A stretch of 63,398 nucleotides of DNA, the filler included, from Tortispora ganteri (lineage: Eukaryota): NCBI GenBank assembly GCA_003707115.1. It is 11 parts of 11 records of this genome, joined end to end, with 100 filler letters (N's around TTAATTAATTAA, not from the genome) between each part and the next. Parts side by side here need not be neighbours in the genome. Positions count along the whole stretch, not along the records: positions 1 to 6,590 come from PPNB01000058.1; positions 6,691 to 12,934 come from PPNB01000059.1; 9 more parts are not named here. One strand, 5' to 3'. This document shows, piece by piece, positions 1-11,600 of this stretch. Position 1 is the stretch's first letter; each line of letters starts with the position of its first letter. The translations under genes and the position numbers were made by a program. The notes under the pieces were generated by a model. The model was not told the DNA's origin and did no database searches. It saw nothing but the letters and a program-made list of their open reading frames with translations.

Positions 1-122
<122 letters not shown>

Positions 123-167
123 CCCGTCCCCACACTCGTTGAAACAATCAATTTATAACTGCAAAAA

Positions 168-2084
168 TTAACTAGGTCGGTCAATATAAATTTCTACCTC
201 GGCCGCGCTCTTACTGTAGAACACAAAGCGCAAAGGCGTCCACCCCGCCGACAATAACTCATTAATACGCCACACGGGTACTGCACTGTAAGGGTGCACC
301 ACTTTCCATCCACCGCTTCCGATTGCCTCTATGTCCCCGCACCTCATCCCGCTTTCCCCACCGTACAGATACCCTAAGTACCGAGGCGCTGTCTGCGAGA
401 CATAGGATATCTTTTTCGGTCCAAGAACATATATCAGCACCTCAGTCACTTTATCGCTATCAGTAAAGATTGCTAGTTGCCCATCTTCAGTTATGTAATC
501 AACCTTTCTGGAACTCCCCATCCGGTACTTCCCTTCCGCTACGTCACTTTCTTTGTAATCCTCAAGATTCACCGCCCACTGTCGCACCAGCACCGTCTGC
601 GACGGTTCGCACTGGCAAGCGTTTGACACCACTCCGTAGCTGCTGCTATTCGAGACGCAAGAATCCCACTGAGCTGAGCTGGATACGCACCAACCAACAC
701 TTGAACTGACACTCAAACTAGAGCTAAAACTGGAACTGGAACTAGAACTAGAACTAGAACTAAAACTAGAACTAGAACTAAAACTAAAACTCGAACTCGA
801 ACTCGAACTAGCATTAGAACTTGAACTTGAACTGGTGCTGGCGCTGGCGCTGGCACTCGAACTGTCACTCAAATTCCTTAATACCGTTGAAGATTCTGAT
901 ACAACGGACGATTCAGGCCCAACTGAGCTAGCCGCAACTGATGTCCTTGGACTAACTGACCTGGCCGCAACGGACGAACCTGATACAATCGATGACCCAG
1001 AGCCAATTGACGATCCCGGAAAAATACTGGATTGAGATATAATCGATAAGGCTGAACTAACTGAAGGAATAGGATTAACCGGCTCAGGTGATCCACTTGT
1101 AGAGCCATATACTGAAATAGCTATTGTCTCGCCGCTGATTGTAGTGAACATGACACTCAAGATCACAGAGACTCCGGCCTGACGCTTGAATTGACCCGCC
1201 AATCCAAAGCCCGCAACAGGAATGACTATACGGACTGGGTACAAGTATCCACCAGCAAAGTCGACCGGAAAACTTGCTTTGAACCCATTCGAACTGTCTA
1301 GAGGGGCAGTCCCAGAAGTCCCAGAAGTACCAACAAGCTCCATGTTACCGCACCGCATGGCCAATTCACCGTCGTACAGGTACGCGTAAGTATCTGCAAA
1401 GTTACTAGGCTCCTGTGCCTGTACATCTATAAACCCAACGTCGCCTGATGGTTCAAGGTAAAACAGGTACTCGACATAGCCCTGTTCGGATATTGATGCC
1501 GATATAGAGTTTGACGAGACTGTCGCGGTCACATTGTCTCGCTGGTAGTTCCTGTACTCACCGTTCTGGATATCGCTCGACGACAAGTCTACCGCACCCT
1601 CAAATATAGCGGCAAATACTTCACCTGCGCTGTAGGCAGGCCTGGTTGAGCATGCGTCTGCAGGCACAGTCGAGGGAGCTGTCGTTGGAACAGTTACTGT
1701 GGCTGTAGTGGGTGGCGTAGCGGGGTGCGTAGGCGGACGCGGAGGTATTATAGTCTCCGTAATAATGACTGGAATCTCAATGGAGACTTGCACGTCAACC
1801 GACATGGACATGGATACAGACTCGTAGTATGACCAGACGTAGGTGCAGTCGTCTTTGACGAGCGGCGGACTAGGTACATAGGTCACCGTAGCGGGTGTGC
1901 ATTGGTTGCAGTACCAGCCTGAAACTGTAGACACATAAGGCGCGCATTGGTCGTCGTAGACAGTCGCACGTGTATTACCAGACTCAGAAGTATACAAACG
2001 TCCGTAGACAGTAGAAGTTTCAACAGGTGGGCTGCAAATGAGCGTGTTCGTTTCCACGATAGTACTGTATATTGTCTGTACCAT
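168..2084 (-). CDS. Ser-rich adhesin/flocculin-like protein with two PA14/GLEYA-like domains (paralog A)
   Basis: 638-aa ORF: Cys/Thr-rich N-domain, domain 1 (YAYLYDGELAMRC...GGYLYPVRIV), Ser-rich stalk, homologous C-terminal domain 2 (GYLYGGESGMRC...GWTPLRFV). Resemblance to Flo/PA14 'GYYYP.K.VY' is by eye only. Confidence 0.8.
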   Translation of the reverse strand: MVQTIYSTIVETNTLICSPPVETSTVYGRLYTSESGNTRATVYDDQCAPYVSTVSGWYCNQCTPATVTYVPSPPLVKDDCTYVWSYYESVSMSMSVDVQVSIEIPVIITETIIPPRPPTHPATPPTTATVTVPTTAPSTVPADACSTRPAYSAGEVFAAIFEGAVDLSSSDIQNGEYRNYQRDNVTATVSSNSISASISEQGYVEYLFYLEPSGDVGFIDVQAQEPSNFADTYAYLYDGELAMRCGNMELVGTSGTSGTAPLDSSNGFKASFPVDFAGGYLYPVRIVIPVAGFGLAGQFKRQAGVSVILSVMFTTISGETIAISVYGSTSGSPEPVNPIPSVSSALSIISQSSIFPGSSIGSGSSIVSGSSVAARSVSPRTSVAASSVGPESSVVSESSTVLRNLSDSSSASASASTSSSSSSNASSSSSSSFSFSSSSSFSSSSSSSSSSSFSSSLSVSSSVGWCVSSSAQWDSCVSNSSSYGVVSNACQCEPSQTVLVRQWAVNLEDYKESDVAEGKYRMGSSRKVDYITEDGQLAIFTDSDKVTEVLIYVLGPKKISYVSQTAPRYLGYLYGGESGMRCGDIEAIGSGGWKVVHPYSAVPVWRINELLSAGWTPLRFVFYSKSAAEVEIYIDRPS

Positions 2085-4207
2085 AGAGAGCGATTGACGG
2101 CAAGAAGCGGCGCACAGTGCCTCTTTTAAATGTTGGCAGAAACCGTAATAAGCTTATTGCCGTCTTCAATGAAAACTTATCATTGTCTTATTCGGCATAG
2201 CCTTATTGACATTCTTCTAGTCGCCGAATCCTGTCACAATGCCTAAATTCAAAGTTGACCTTGATTGGTTGCTGCGTATTTAGAGTTATTAGCATTGAGG
2301 CTAAAACACTTCAGCCTCAAACTCGTGCGCTCGATATGCCGCAGAATGTAACTGGAAACAATGTGCATGTACCATCCAGCAACTTGCAGCGTTGTCGACA
2401 CTGGTTTTATTCTGAAAAAGCAAATCCATTGTAGATTGTTATGTCGTGGAAGGCATTGATCATTGATCAGTCAATGATGTGCACTGGCCGTTGGCAAGTA
2501 AGGATGAGTATTTTCCATAACTTAAATAAAGATCAAACAAAGATCTGCTCAATAAGTATGTAGGTTTTATGCACGTTCAAGAATTAGATCATTCATTTAA
2601 CCTTCAGTTAATGAAATCCTCAATGTTTTTATAGTGAGATATGCCAATATCAAGGTTCAGCAACTTCGTTGCGCTCTAGAATCTACCGAAAGCAAAATTT
2701 AAGAACCTTATTATCTGCTTGACCGACTGTGATCATATTCGGCATGTACCGCTCAATGACTATTTTATAATACACCCTGCATTCCGTTCACTCGTTCAGC
2801 AATAAAGTATACAACCTGCCAGGCTCTGCTTCAATGATTTACTGGTCCGCGAGCAATGCTGCCATGCTGCAATTCGCAGTTTGTAGTTTGCAGTTTGCAA
2901 TACAGCTGCGGTTATCGCACTAATCTTCTCTCGCTCATCTAACTAAATCTTAAGTTCACCTATCATTTGTTCAGTAGGCTTTCCAGATACCGCACTTTTA
3001 AGTATCGATTTTTTTAGCAATTCCAAACACAACCATCGCCTGTTTAGTTACATTCAGTCTAATATGCATCAATAAATATGTCTATGATTAAATAAATACA
3101 TATATACATATGTACGTTTAAACACTCGAGGAGATAGCATACCCTGCAAATGAAACCTTTCCGTTGAGTGCAGTGAAATCTAAGAACATATTCTACGTGG
3201 CCAACTGGTTGCCTTGGTCAATAACAGCAATAGTGCAAAAATTTGCACCAGTGTGCAGAGCTAAACGACTCAAACATGATATTAACTAACGTCGTACTCG
3301 CACTGTTCACATGCAATACGACGTTGCACGAGCTTGGACCACCATTGCCAATTGCCAACTCATCAAGGCATTCAGCAGCAACAGACCCATCGCTACATAC
3401 ATAGTAGCATTCTCAACAACTTCATAATATTTCTCAGTGTCAATAATGACCTAAAATAGCAAACAACTTCGGACAGTCCAGTGCTCTCCCCTTGTAATAC
3501 CCAGCTCACCGAACAGTCAGTGTTGCTAAGATCATTCAAGTAAATGTCTGCTTGCTTAACTTATGCATAACATAAGCTATTCTGCTCTAGATGTAGTAGT
3601 TCTTCGGTATATCCATCACGGCAAATACTCCAGATAATTTGGCACTAGAGTGGATAGCAACACAGCTAGATGTCTTGATAGGTGCCAGAGTAGATCAGGA
3701 AATCTGTCAGAACCTTATCTTCTCTGGTCCAATCTTATGTGATTTCATCTAATCTCCGCTGTTGCCGAGAATATCGTCCACCTCTACCTCTATCCCTTTT
3801 AAATTCACTTTATCCCATCTATACTCCATCTATCTCCTCGACCCCCTAATGTAGACACTCCTCTGGACCTCATATATATTACTCTCTCTTTTTCATCACA
3901 GCTGAGGGGGAAATCTCTTCAGTCCACTGTTGTCACTCCTCTTTTTCTCTTTCTTTGGTTCTCTCTTTCTTATCTCTTTTTACTCCCTCTTAAATACACT
4001 CGTAATAATCTCGCTCTTCTTTTAATTTCCAAGTATGAGACGCTTATCAACAACAACAACAGCAATATTGTTCTGTGATTCTCTCTGCCTATCCTCAGAC
4101 TTCCAAAAATCTTTCCCAATCGCCCCAATTCCCACAAACACTACCTATCAAACCATCTCTGTCCCCATACTCGGCTCAAACCATCAATTTATAACTACAG
4201 AAGTAAA

Positions 4208-5515
4208 CTAGATGGGGTCGAAGAAATCAATATAAATACTGGTAGCCTCCTTACTGTAGATCACCAATCGCAACGTTGTCCATTCATAACTCAATCTCCT
4301 ACCTATATCGTAGACTGCACAGCAGCCAGCGTACGAATATCCTCATATTCCGCTTTCACTTGCCTACATGTTCCTGACATCATCCCCCTTTTCCCCGATA
4401 CACATATCCTGATCCTATGTACACACCTGTCGCTGAAGAGACAGATATATAATGCTCTGTCCGGAAATATACTTTAGCACCTTGATCGCTGCATCTGTGT
4501 CAAGTTGAAGTTTATGGATTTATAACGAACATTCCCGGGAAGTTCTACGGAGCTCCCTACGGAGTACTCCCATCGGCTACCTGCGTATCACTGTACTGAG
4601 TAAGACTTACCCGCCAAATTTGCGCAAGCAACGTCTGCGACGGTTTGTATTGGCAGGCGTACTCTACCACCCTGCTACTGGCGCTGCTCGAGAGTGTAAA
4701 ATTCGACTGAACCAAGCTGAACGCTGAAAGCAAGACTCGAACTGGAACTAGCACTAGCACTGGCACTGGCACTGGCGCTCGAACATGAACTGTACCTGAC
4801 ACACTCGAACTCCTATCTTCGGCAGCCAATAGTCCCAGCAAGTCAGACCACTACGTCACCATCTCGCTTGCGGTTGATCAGCCCAAAAACACGCACAGAC
4901 GTCCACCCAGACACCGCAGTAAACTGCCGGCCCGTCCCGATCACACGACTTCCTCGAGGAATACATCTACAAATCCACCCCTGATTTCCGTGATCGCGCC
5001 GTCCCCACGTAGACATCACGTCGATCAGTCCCACCCCCCTCTACAGCAATCCCATCGGCTGTCACTTTTGCACCAAGAGCCATTTTTGGGCCAGCCATTT
5101 ACCCACTCGCCGCAATTGCCTCAAAATTACCGTTAAACGCGTCGTAGCCCATCACATACAGGCTTTCGCTGTACTGCGGTCGGAAAGCGCACACAGACAG
5201 GGTGCTGCCCGTCGACGCTGATACTACTGACTCTCCTGGCACCTCGACCCACAAACTGCCGCTAACAATGAATGACGCGCTGACTTCCTCGTAATAGCCC
5301 ATGGGTGGTGGTCTTCGACCGCCACGCGGGGCGTAGCTTATCGTCGCTGCCAGGCACTGCTGCCTGTACCTGCCGATGACCGTTGCAACGGCCGCGCATC
5401 ACGTGCTGTCATAGACAGTTGCCTTGCCCCACTAACTCGCAAATCCCCCGATGACTGTCGTCATTTCCACCAGCTGATCGCAAAGAAACGTGTTAAATCC
5501 TGTCACTACGTGCAT
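4208..5515 (-). pseudogene. Degenerate paralog of the adhesin-like family
   Basis: From ATG 5515: MHVVTGFNTFLCDQLVEMTTV..S*WGKATVYDST*CAAVATV..YYEEVSASF, aligning to the paralog A N-domain with two in-frame stops. Later pieces (ACQYKPSQTLLAQIW; YSKEATSIYID..*) match the C-domain. Confidence 0.8.
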
Positions 5516-5760
5516 TATGTCAGTTTACAGCTGTCAATGCGGTGTCACTAGTGCAGCGGCTGGAGTCGGCCCAATCGACCACTACCGAGCTAAATATGTA
5601 AAGATTAGCCCGTCCACAGACAGGCCAACTAGCAGGGAGTTAACACCAAAGCTAATAGTATTGTGTAGGCGCAGAAAAGGCTCAGACGCATTGTTGTTAA
5701 ATACCCCAGGCCAGTCACATGGTTCTCGTCAATCAGCGCGCGGCCGTTACAGGCTGCCAC

Positions 5761-5815
5761 GCTCGTCACATAGTCGTCACACGCTGCGCGCTATGCACGC
5801 GCAGTACCAACCTTC
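5761..5815 (-). pseudogene. Short relic of the family N-domain (EGWYC...VT.YV.S-like)
   Basis: Minus strand gaaggttggtactgc...gtgacgactatgtgacgagc resembles GWYC..C..TVTYVPS with frameshifts. Confidence 0.35.
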
Positions 5816-6247
5816 GCCACGGGTTAGCAATTCAAGTCCTCAATGCGCACACCTCGCACTCCTGGTCTTGGAGTTTATATGCGACTGTGGACCGCACCAC
5901 CATCGCCAGCTAACGGTGGTGTTAAGGTTGGGCTGACGTACGAAGAACCTTATCTGACGTCCACCCTCAGGACCGCTCAGCCTAAAAGTACGATGTTCTA
6001 CTGCGTAGGGCACCAGCCGCAATCCAACAATACGTGTAACTACAGTAGAAACGCCTAGAAGTAGTCCACTGATGCGCTTGTATGAATAGTTGCGCAATGT
6101 GGTTTGTGTTCACACCAGCAGCGATCGTTTCTCCCTTTCTTCTTGTTGGCTCCCTTTGCTCATTCTCATCGTCCCGTCTACTACTGTTACACCAACCAAT
6201 CCAGTCACCTGCACGGATGTTGACAGTTCTGTAAGTACAAAAGTAGT

Positions 6248-6590
6248 CTAGGAGGGAGGGAACACAGGGTTTCCGGAAAATCTGATGTGATAATAACCAC
6301 TTTTTGAGGAATATAAAACCAGCCGTAAAGGTGTGTAGCCATTATGCAGCTCTTTGTATACGTTCAATGAGCTGGCAGCATAAGAGGTAAAACTCCATCC
6401 CTCGTTCCCAATGGTCGAGATACTGTCACATGCCATTGCGCTGTCGCCACCGAATATATATCCATCGAATTTTCGGCCAAGACTGGTTGATGAACCAGAC
6501 GACGTATAAAAAACTTGTACGATTTCGTTTGCCACACCAGTAAAATCAATGCCTTTCACGTAAAGCAACACCTCCAGCGTTACTGAGGCA
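6248..6590 (-). CDS. 3' end (C-terminal PA14-like domain) of a divergent family paralog; 5' truncated by contig edge
   Basis: EVLLYV...GYIFGGDSAMACDSISTIG...GYTPLRLVLYS. Confidence 0.75.
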
Positions 6591-6690
6591 NNNNNNNNNN
6601 NNNNNNNNNNNNNNNNNNNNNNNNNNNNNNNNNNTTAATTAATTAANNNNNNNNNNNNNNNNNNNNNNNNNNNNNNNNNNNNNNNNNNNN
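6591..6690. other. Artificial contig linker
   Basis: N44-TTAATTAATTAA-N44 (stops in all six frames). Confidence 0.99.
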
Positions 6691-6886
6691 CATCTGTCAT
6701 AGTTAGATGAGTTTTATGTAATCATATCTTGGTATTACAATTAGAACTAGAAGAAGGATTCGTGGGTAACAATCCTACCATCGTATAATTGTCTTTACTT
6801 CACGCTGTATGAAGAACCTGTGGTCCTCCCTACTTCTACAGAGTCAATAACTTACCCGGCTAAATATAACTTAGAGTCAAATAACA
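6691..6886 (+). repeat. 3' part of the 5' LTR (ends ...ATAACA)
   Basis: AACA end is complementary to the TGTT start at 12736 and is followed by the PBS. No overlap with the captured part of the 3' LTR, so the LTR is probably longer than about 395 bp. Confidence 0.65.
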
Positions 6887-6888
6887 AT

Positions 6889-6911
6889 AGATTAAGAGTC
6901 TCAAATGCTCT
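6889..6911 (+). promoter_or_regulatory. Primer-binding site complementary to the anticodon arm of tRNA-Lys(CUU)
   Basis: AGATTAAGAGTCTCA(AA)TGCTCT is the reverse complement of AGAGCA-TGAGACTCTTAATCT, typical of eukaryotic tRNA-Lys(CUU) as recalled. Confidence 0.7.
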
Positions 6912-7371
6912 GTCAGAGCTACAACAGTCACTGATGACTTCACAGCCCGTACAACTGTGAAGTGGTGCTGCATGCCTGATAAGTGACTTGGGGTGGGGAA
7001 TCATGGCTTAACGAGTTCTCCACCTACGTTGAAAATCTTTTTTGCCTAGAAAAGTTTATTGCTTACTCTCGTTTCACTAGAAGTTTTGGATGACCCGATA
7101 GGGAAAAGAATTACTACGTTGGCGTCTAACAAAATCTTTATTGTGGACTGAGTTTTCCTCAGACAGCTACCATTCGTTGCATGGCTTTGCCGCCAGGGGT
7201 CAAACCTGGAATTTACAAACTACTAGCCGCTGCAATGGAATGTGATGTGAGAAAATAACTCAACCATGAAAATTTTTCACCTAGCAAAGTGATGTGATGT
7301 GAAATATATAGCTCCACTCCTCTTTCAAGTCAGACAATCTAATTTTCTCATATACTGATTCAACTATCAAT

Positions 7372-8601
7372 ATGGGTGAGTCTGGAGAGAAAAACATTGA
7401 ACATCAAGAAACTTATATCTATGAGCGTATTCCTGAAACTACATTCCAAGCATGGGAACAGAAGCGTAAACAAATAATGGATGCTTCTGAAACCCCGATT
7501 GCTAACAAGCTAAACGTTTGCTTTAACTCACTTGAGTATACTGAATGGAGAAAGAAGCTTATGGATAGACTTGAAAACCAAGGTTTAAGTGCAGGTCTAA
7601 ACGAGAAGTACACTGAGAATATGAAAGTCTTGATGAATAATCTGAAGAATATATCTTTGAGAGACTTGTATCACGAAGTTACTTCCGAAACTGATATTTC
7701 CACCTTGATGAAGGATCTGAGCTGGAAAGAAGAATTTGCTCCTGGAGTCTTTGAAGAAGAGAATGCCGAAGTTTCTGACTTTCATAAGTCTAAAGCCTCC
7801 AAAATGCGCGCTGGAGTTAAGACTAGAAGTCAGGGCACGGCCGAAGACACTTGTTTGACCGAGTCAGACTTACTGGATAAATTGGAGAAAGCCCTACTCG
7901 CTAGAAATATTCATCCAAGATTTGTTCAGAGTGTTGTTCAACGCTCCACGATGGCCCTAGTGTTCACTGACATTCAATCCTATGTGGTGGAATGGATGTG
8001 TACGTCGAAAGCTATGATCATCTTGGCTGCCTCGATTACTCCTGAATCTCAACAGGTAAATTATAGAAATTTCCTGGACATCCTGGACTATCCTACGTTT
8101 GACGCTAGATCACGAGAAATCATTAAACGAGTTACTTTGCAAGATGTGACCCGTGTATTTTACTCTTTTATGGGATATGATTGGTCTCAGTTTATTGGAA
8201 AACATTACTCTGATATTCTTCCTGAACATCAACGTGTGGAGAAACTACTGGAGACTACTGAATGGAATGATTTCTGGAGATGGGTCGTGGTGCGTAACTG
8301 GACAAACTATCCTTCTGTTAACCAAACATTTAAAACATGGGTTAATGAAATGCTAGAAAAGCACACCATTGGAACTGGTATTAGTGCTGAAAAATTTCGT
8401 GAACTTCAAGTCATGCGAGACAATAAGATTCAACTGATATATGAAGAAATTGGTCTTCAGAATGTATTAGCTTCGGCGCTCATGTCCAAACGAATTACTG
8501 CAAACCCTGCTATTATTGAGCAGAACAAATTCAAGAAGCGTCCAAAGAAGCCTGCTAAAGCAGAAGAGAATCAACCTGTCCCCCATGCTAAATCACAATA
8601 G
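7372..8601 (+). CDS. gag: Retrotransposon Gag
   Basis: 409-aa ORF upstream of pol with a basic C-terminal tail; ends CAA-TAG. Confidence 0.85.
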   Translation: MGESGEKNIEHQETYIYERIPETTFQAWEQKRKQIMDASETPIANKLNVCFNSLEYTEWRKKLMDRLENQGLSAGLNEKYTENMKVLMNNLKNISLRDLYHEVTSETDISTLMKDLSWKEEFAPGVFEEENAEVSDFHKSKASKMRAGVKTRSQGTAEDTCLTESDLLDKLEKALLARNIHPRFVQSVVQRSTMALVFTDIQSYVVEWMCTSKAMIILAASITPESQQVNYRNFLDILDYPTFDARSREIIKRVTLQDVTRVFYSFMGYDWSQFIGKHYSDILPEHQRVEKLLETTEWNDFWRWVVVRNWTNYPSVNQTFKTWVNEMLEKHTIGTGISAEKFRELQVMRDNKIQLIYEEIGLQNVLASALMSKRITANPAIIEQNKFKKRPKKPAKAEENQPVPHAKSQ

Positions 8602-11600
8602 GACAGAGGGCCGACATGGACACCCAATAGTGGAGTTGATAGTTCTAAGAATTGTTGTACGAATATCACAAGGTCCATGCAGTTCCCATCCGTATCAACC
8701 CCCGACGCAAAAATGTACTATACGATTACTGAAAGTAAGAGCCTCAGTAATAATGTGTATGGGCATGTCGCAAAACTAGAAACTAATGTTGACTTGTACC
8801 GTTTTGATGGTGATGAGATTATAAAATCTTGTACGGTACAGGAACAAAAGACAGCTCCCTCATTGATTAATCATCAAGTTATACAACCGGCAGGAGGCCA
8901 GCTCCTGTGTGCGGCTTTGCAATGCTACAAAAATGTGCCAGACTCCTTATTTGTCATTGATTCAGGAGCGAATGGTCACATTACTAATGATCTTACCTTA
9001 CTCACCAATATTAAGTCAATCCCTGGAATGAAAGTGAACGGATTTAATAATGTTCCTAACACCTCTACTATAGTAGGTGATATCCTATTAGCGGAACAGG
9101 GTGATTGCAAATACTATCTTGAAAATGTTTATTTCTGCCCCGAATCGTCTATGAACTTATTTTCCGTCAGCATAGCTGAACATCAATCGACTCTCGAGTT
9201 GAAATACAAACCCCCGTCTTCTCTTGAAAACTATGTTGTGCCATCCTGGGAAATTTTCCTCATGCCGACAGGGGGGAAGTATAAGGTTATTCGCCATGAA
9301 GAACTTCATTTCTTTAATCCGGTAGAGTTTTCGCCGAAACAGGGGAGTATTGCTCGTCTGATGAATGGAAATAACCTAGACAATAGACTTGGGGAAATCA
9401 CTGCAGCCACTGTGAATACCGCAAAAGTATTGGAAATTATGAGATTACATCGTGCGACTGGGCATACGAATTTTCAAAACTTGCTTACCCATGTTCGTGC
9501 AGGCAGATTTCCTGAAATTGCACCTTCCACTGCTGAGAATTTATCATACACTGATTTCAACTGTCCAACGTGCTATGAAGCTAACTTACAACGACGACGA
9601 CTGAACAAGAAAAAGACTGAAAAGCGGAAAAGGAAAACCAACGAAGTTGGTGAACTTATTCACTCCGATGTGAGTGGACCTCACATGAAGTCAATATCTG
9701 GCTATACTTATTTGGTCAACTTTATTGATGACTATTCACGTCATGTTTGGATATATCCCTTAAGGGAAAAATCAGAGGTCTTCTCAAAGTTTAAAGAGCT
9801 TAGGTCAATGTTGAAAACACAGTATAAAGCAACAGTTCGTGCGTTACGTACAGATGGTGGTACTGAATATCTGAGTAACAGTTTTAGGAAGTTCCTTAAG
9901 GAGAAAGGTATTCAACCAGTGCGTTCAACAAGATATACTCCAGAATTGAATGGTACTGCAGAAAGAAATTGGCAAACAATCTTTAATATTGCCAGGTCAG
10001 CCATGCATCAGTGTAATGCACCGTATTTTATGTGGGAATTTGCTATTGATCATGCTGTTAATTGCTATAATCATTATATCTTTCGAAATTACGCCGATGA
10101 TATTTGGGACACTCCACATGGAAGGATAACCAAAGAGAAACCAGAATTACACGGTATGGCGATGTTTGGATCAGATTGCTGGGTACACGTTCCTGCAGAA
10201 GTTAGAACTGATAAACTTGCAAATCGCGGGAAAAGGTGTGTTTACCTAGGCATGGATCCTGAATATATTGGGATGAAGATATTCGATCTGGATACCGGAA
10301 TGATTGAAGCATCAAAAGATCTTAGAATCAAAGAAACATTTGAATTTATGCCTCTAGTTGGACAAACGATTAGAGATAATGGCCGGTATTACGAAGAATG
10401 GAATAATCTTACCATTGAAGATTTTAAGCATGATGCGTCCATTGAAGAAATACCTAACACAACACCGAGAAACGTCACCTTTGTGGAACCCATTACCCAG
10501 AATGATGCATCCCAAGGGTTGGCTGAGGACGAGCTACTACAACGTCTTTTTGACAAACAACCAACACCATCGTCCTATGTTGAGGGGACACATCTTCAAA
10601 GAGAAGAACCAAGTGAAGAGCCAAGCGGCCCTGATATGAGTACAGGTCAAAATGTTGAACGGTGCGTTTCCCCGTATACAACCTCTTACCTGAATCCTTC
10701 CCAAACTGCAGATTACAACTACATAGACATGTCGGGAGAAGAAGGTCACGACCAAGGAAAATCGTCTCTTGAAAGCGATAGAGATTCACTTACCAACCAT
10801 GATACTATATCCATCCTTCCACCGGAGAATACGGAAGATATGGTAGAGAGTATCCCTAGTACCATTATTACAGAAGTTGATGACACTGATAATGCGAAGC
10901 AAAAATCCGTCGAAGTAGTGGACAATGAAATAGTTGACGGCCGTCGACGATCCGCGAGAATTCGGTCCAATGTTGAACATGGAAAATATGCTGGGACTCC
11001 ATTTCTCATTGCGAACACTATGCAACTGATTCCTAGGACTATTTGCCTGAGCCTAGTTGAACAGGATTTGCATCCATCTGATCTTCCTATTCCTCAGAAG
11101 TATTCAGAGGTACAAAAGTCTCCTCATCGTGAGTTGTGGGAGGAGGCTATACGTACCGAATTAACCTCACTACAGGCAAACGGGACTTGGAAAGAAATTA
11201 CCAAGTTGCCTTCTAGCAGCAAATTGATCGATTGCCGTTGGGTATTTACACTTAAGACCAACACCGCTGGAAGAGTAGTGCAGGCTAAGGCTCGTCTCGT
11301 AGCCAGAGGATTTCAACAACGAGAAAACATCGATTATGAAGATACTTATGCACCTACAATGAACGTCGATTCACTACGCCTATTATTAGCCCTAGCAGCT
11401 GAGAGGAACTTACATATTCATCAGATGGATATTTCAACTGCGTTTGTGAACGCCGAGCTGGATAAAGATATCTACATACATCGACCCGAAGGATGTCAAG
11501 AACTAGTTAAAACTAAATTCTTGAAATTGTTAAAGGCATTATATGGCTTGAAGCAAGCACCACTATGTTGGTATGAAATGCTTCAAGAATTTTTGGAAAC

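Noticed and set aside
6635..6646. Recurrent TTAATTAATTAA motif and ORFs ending in X...LIN
   Set aside because: Artificial linker sequence.
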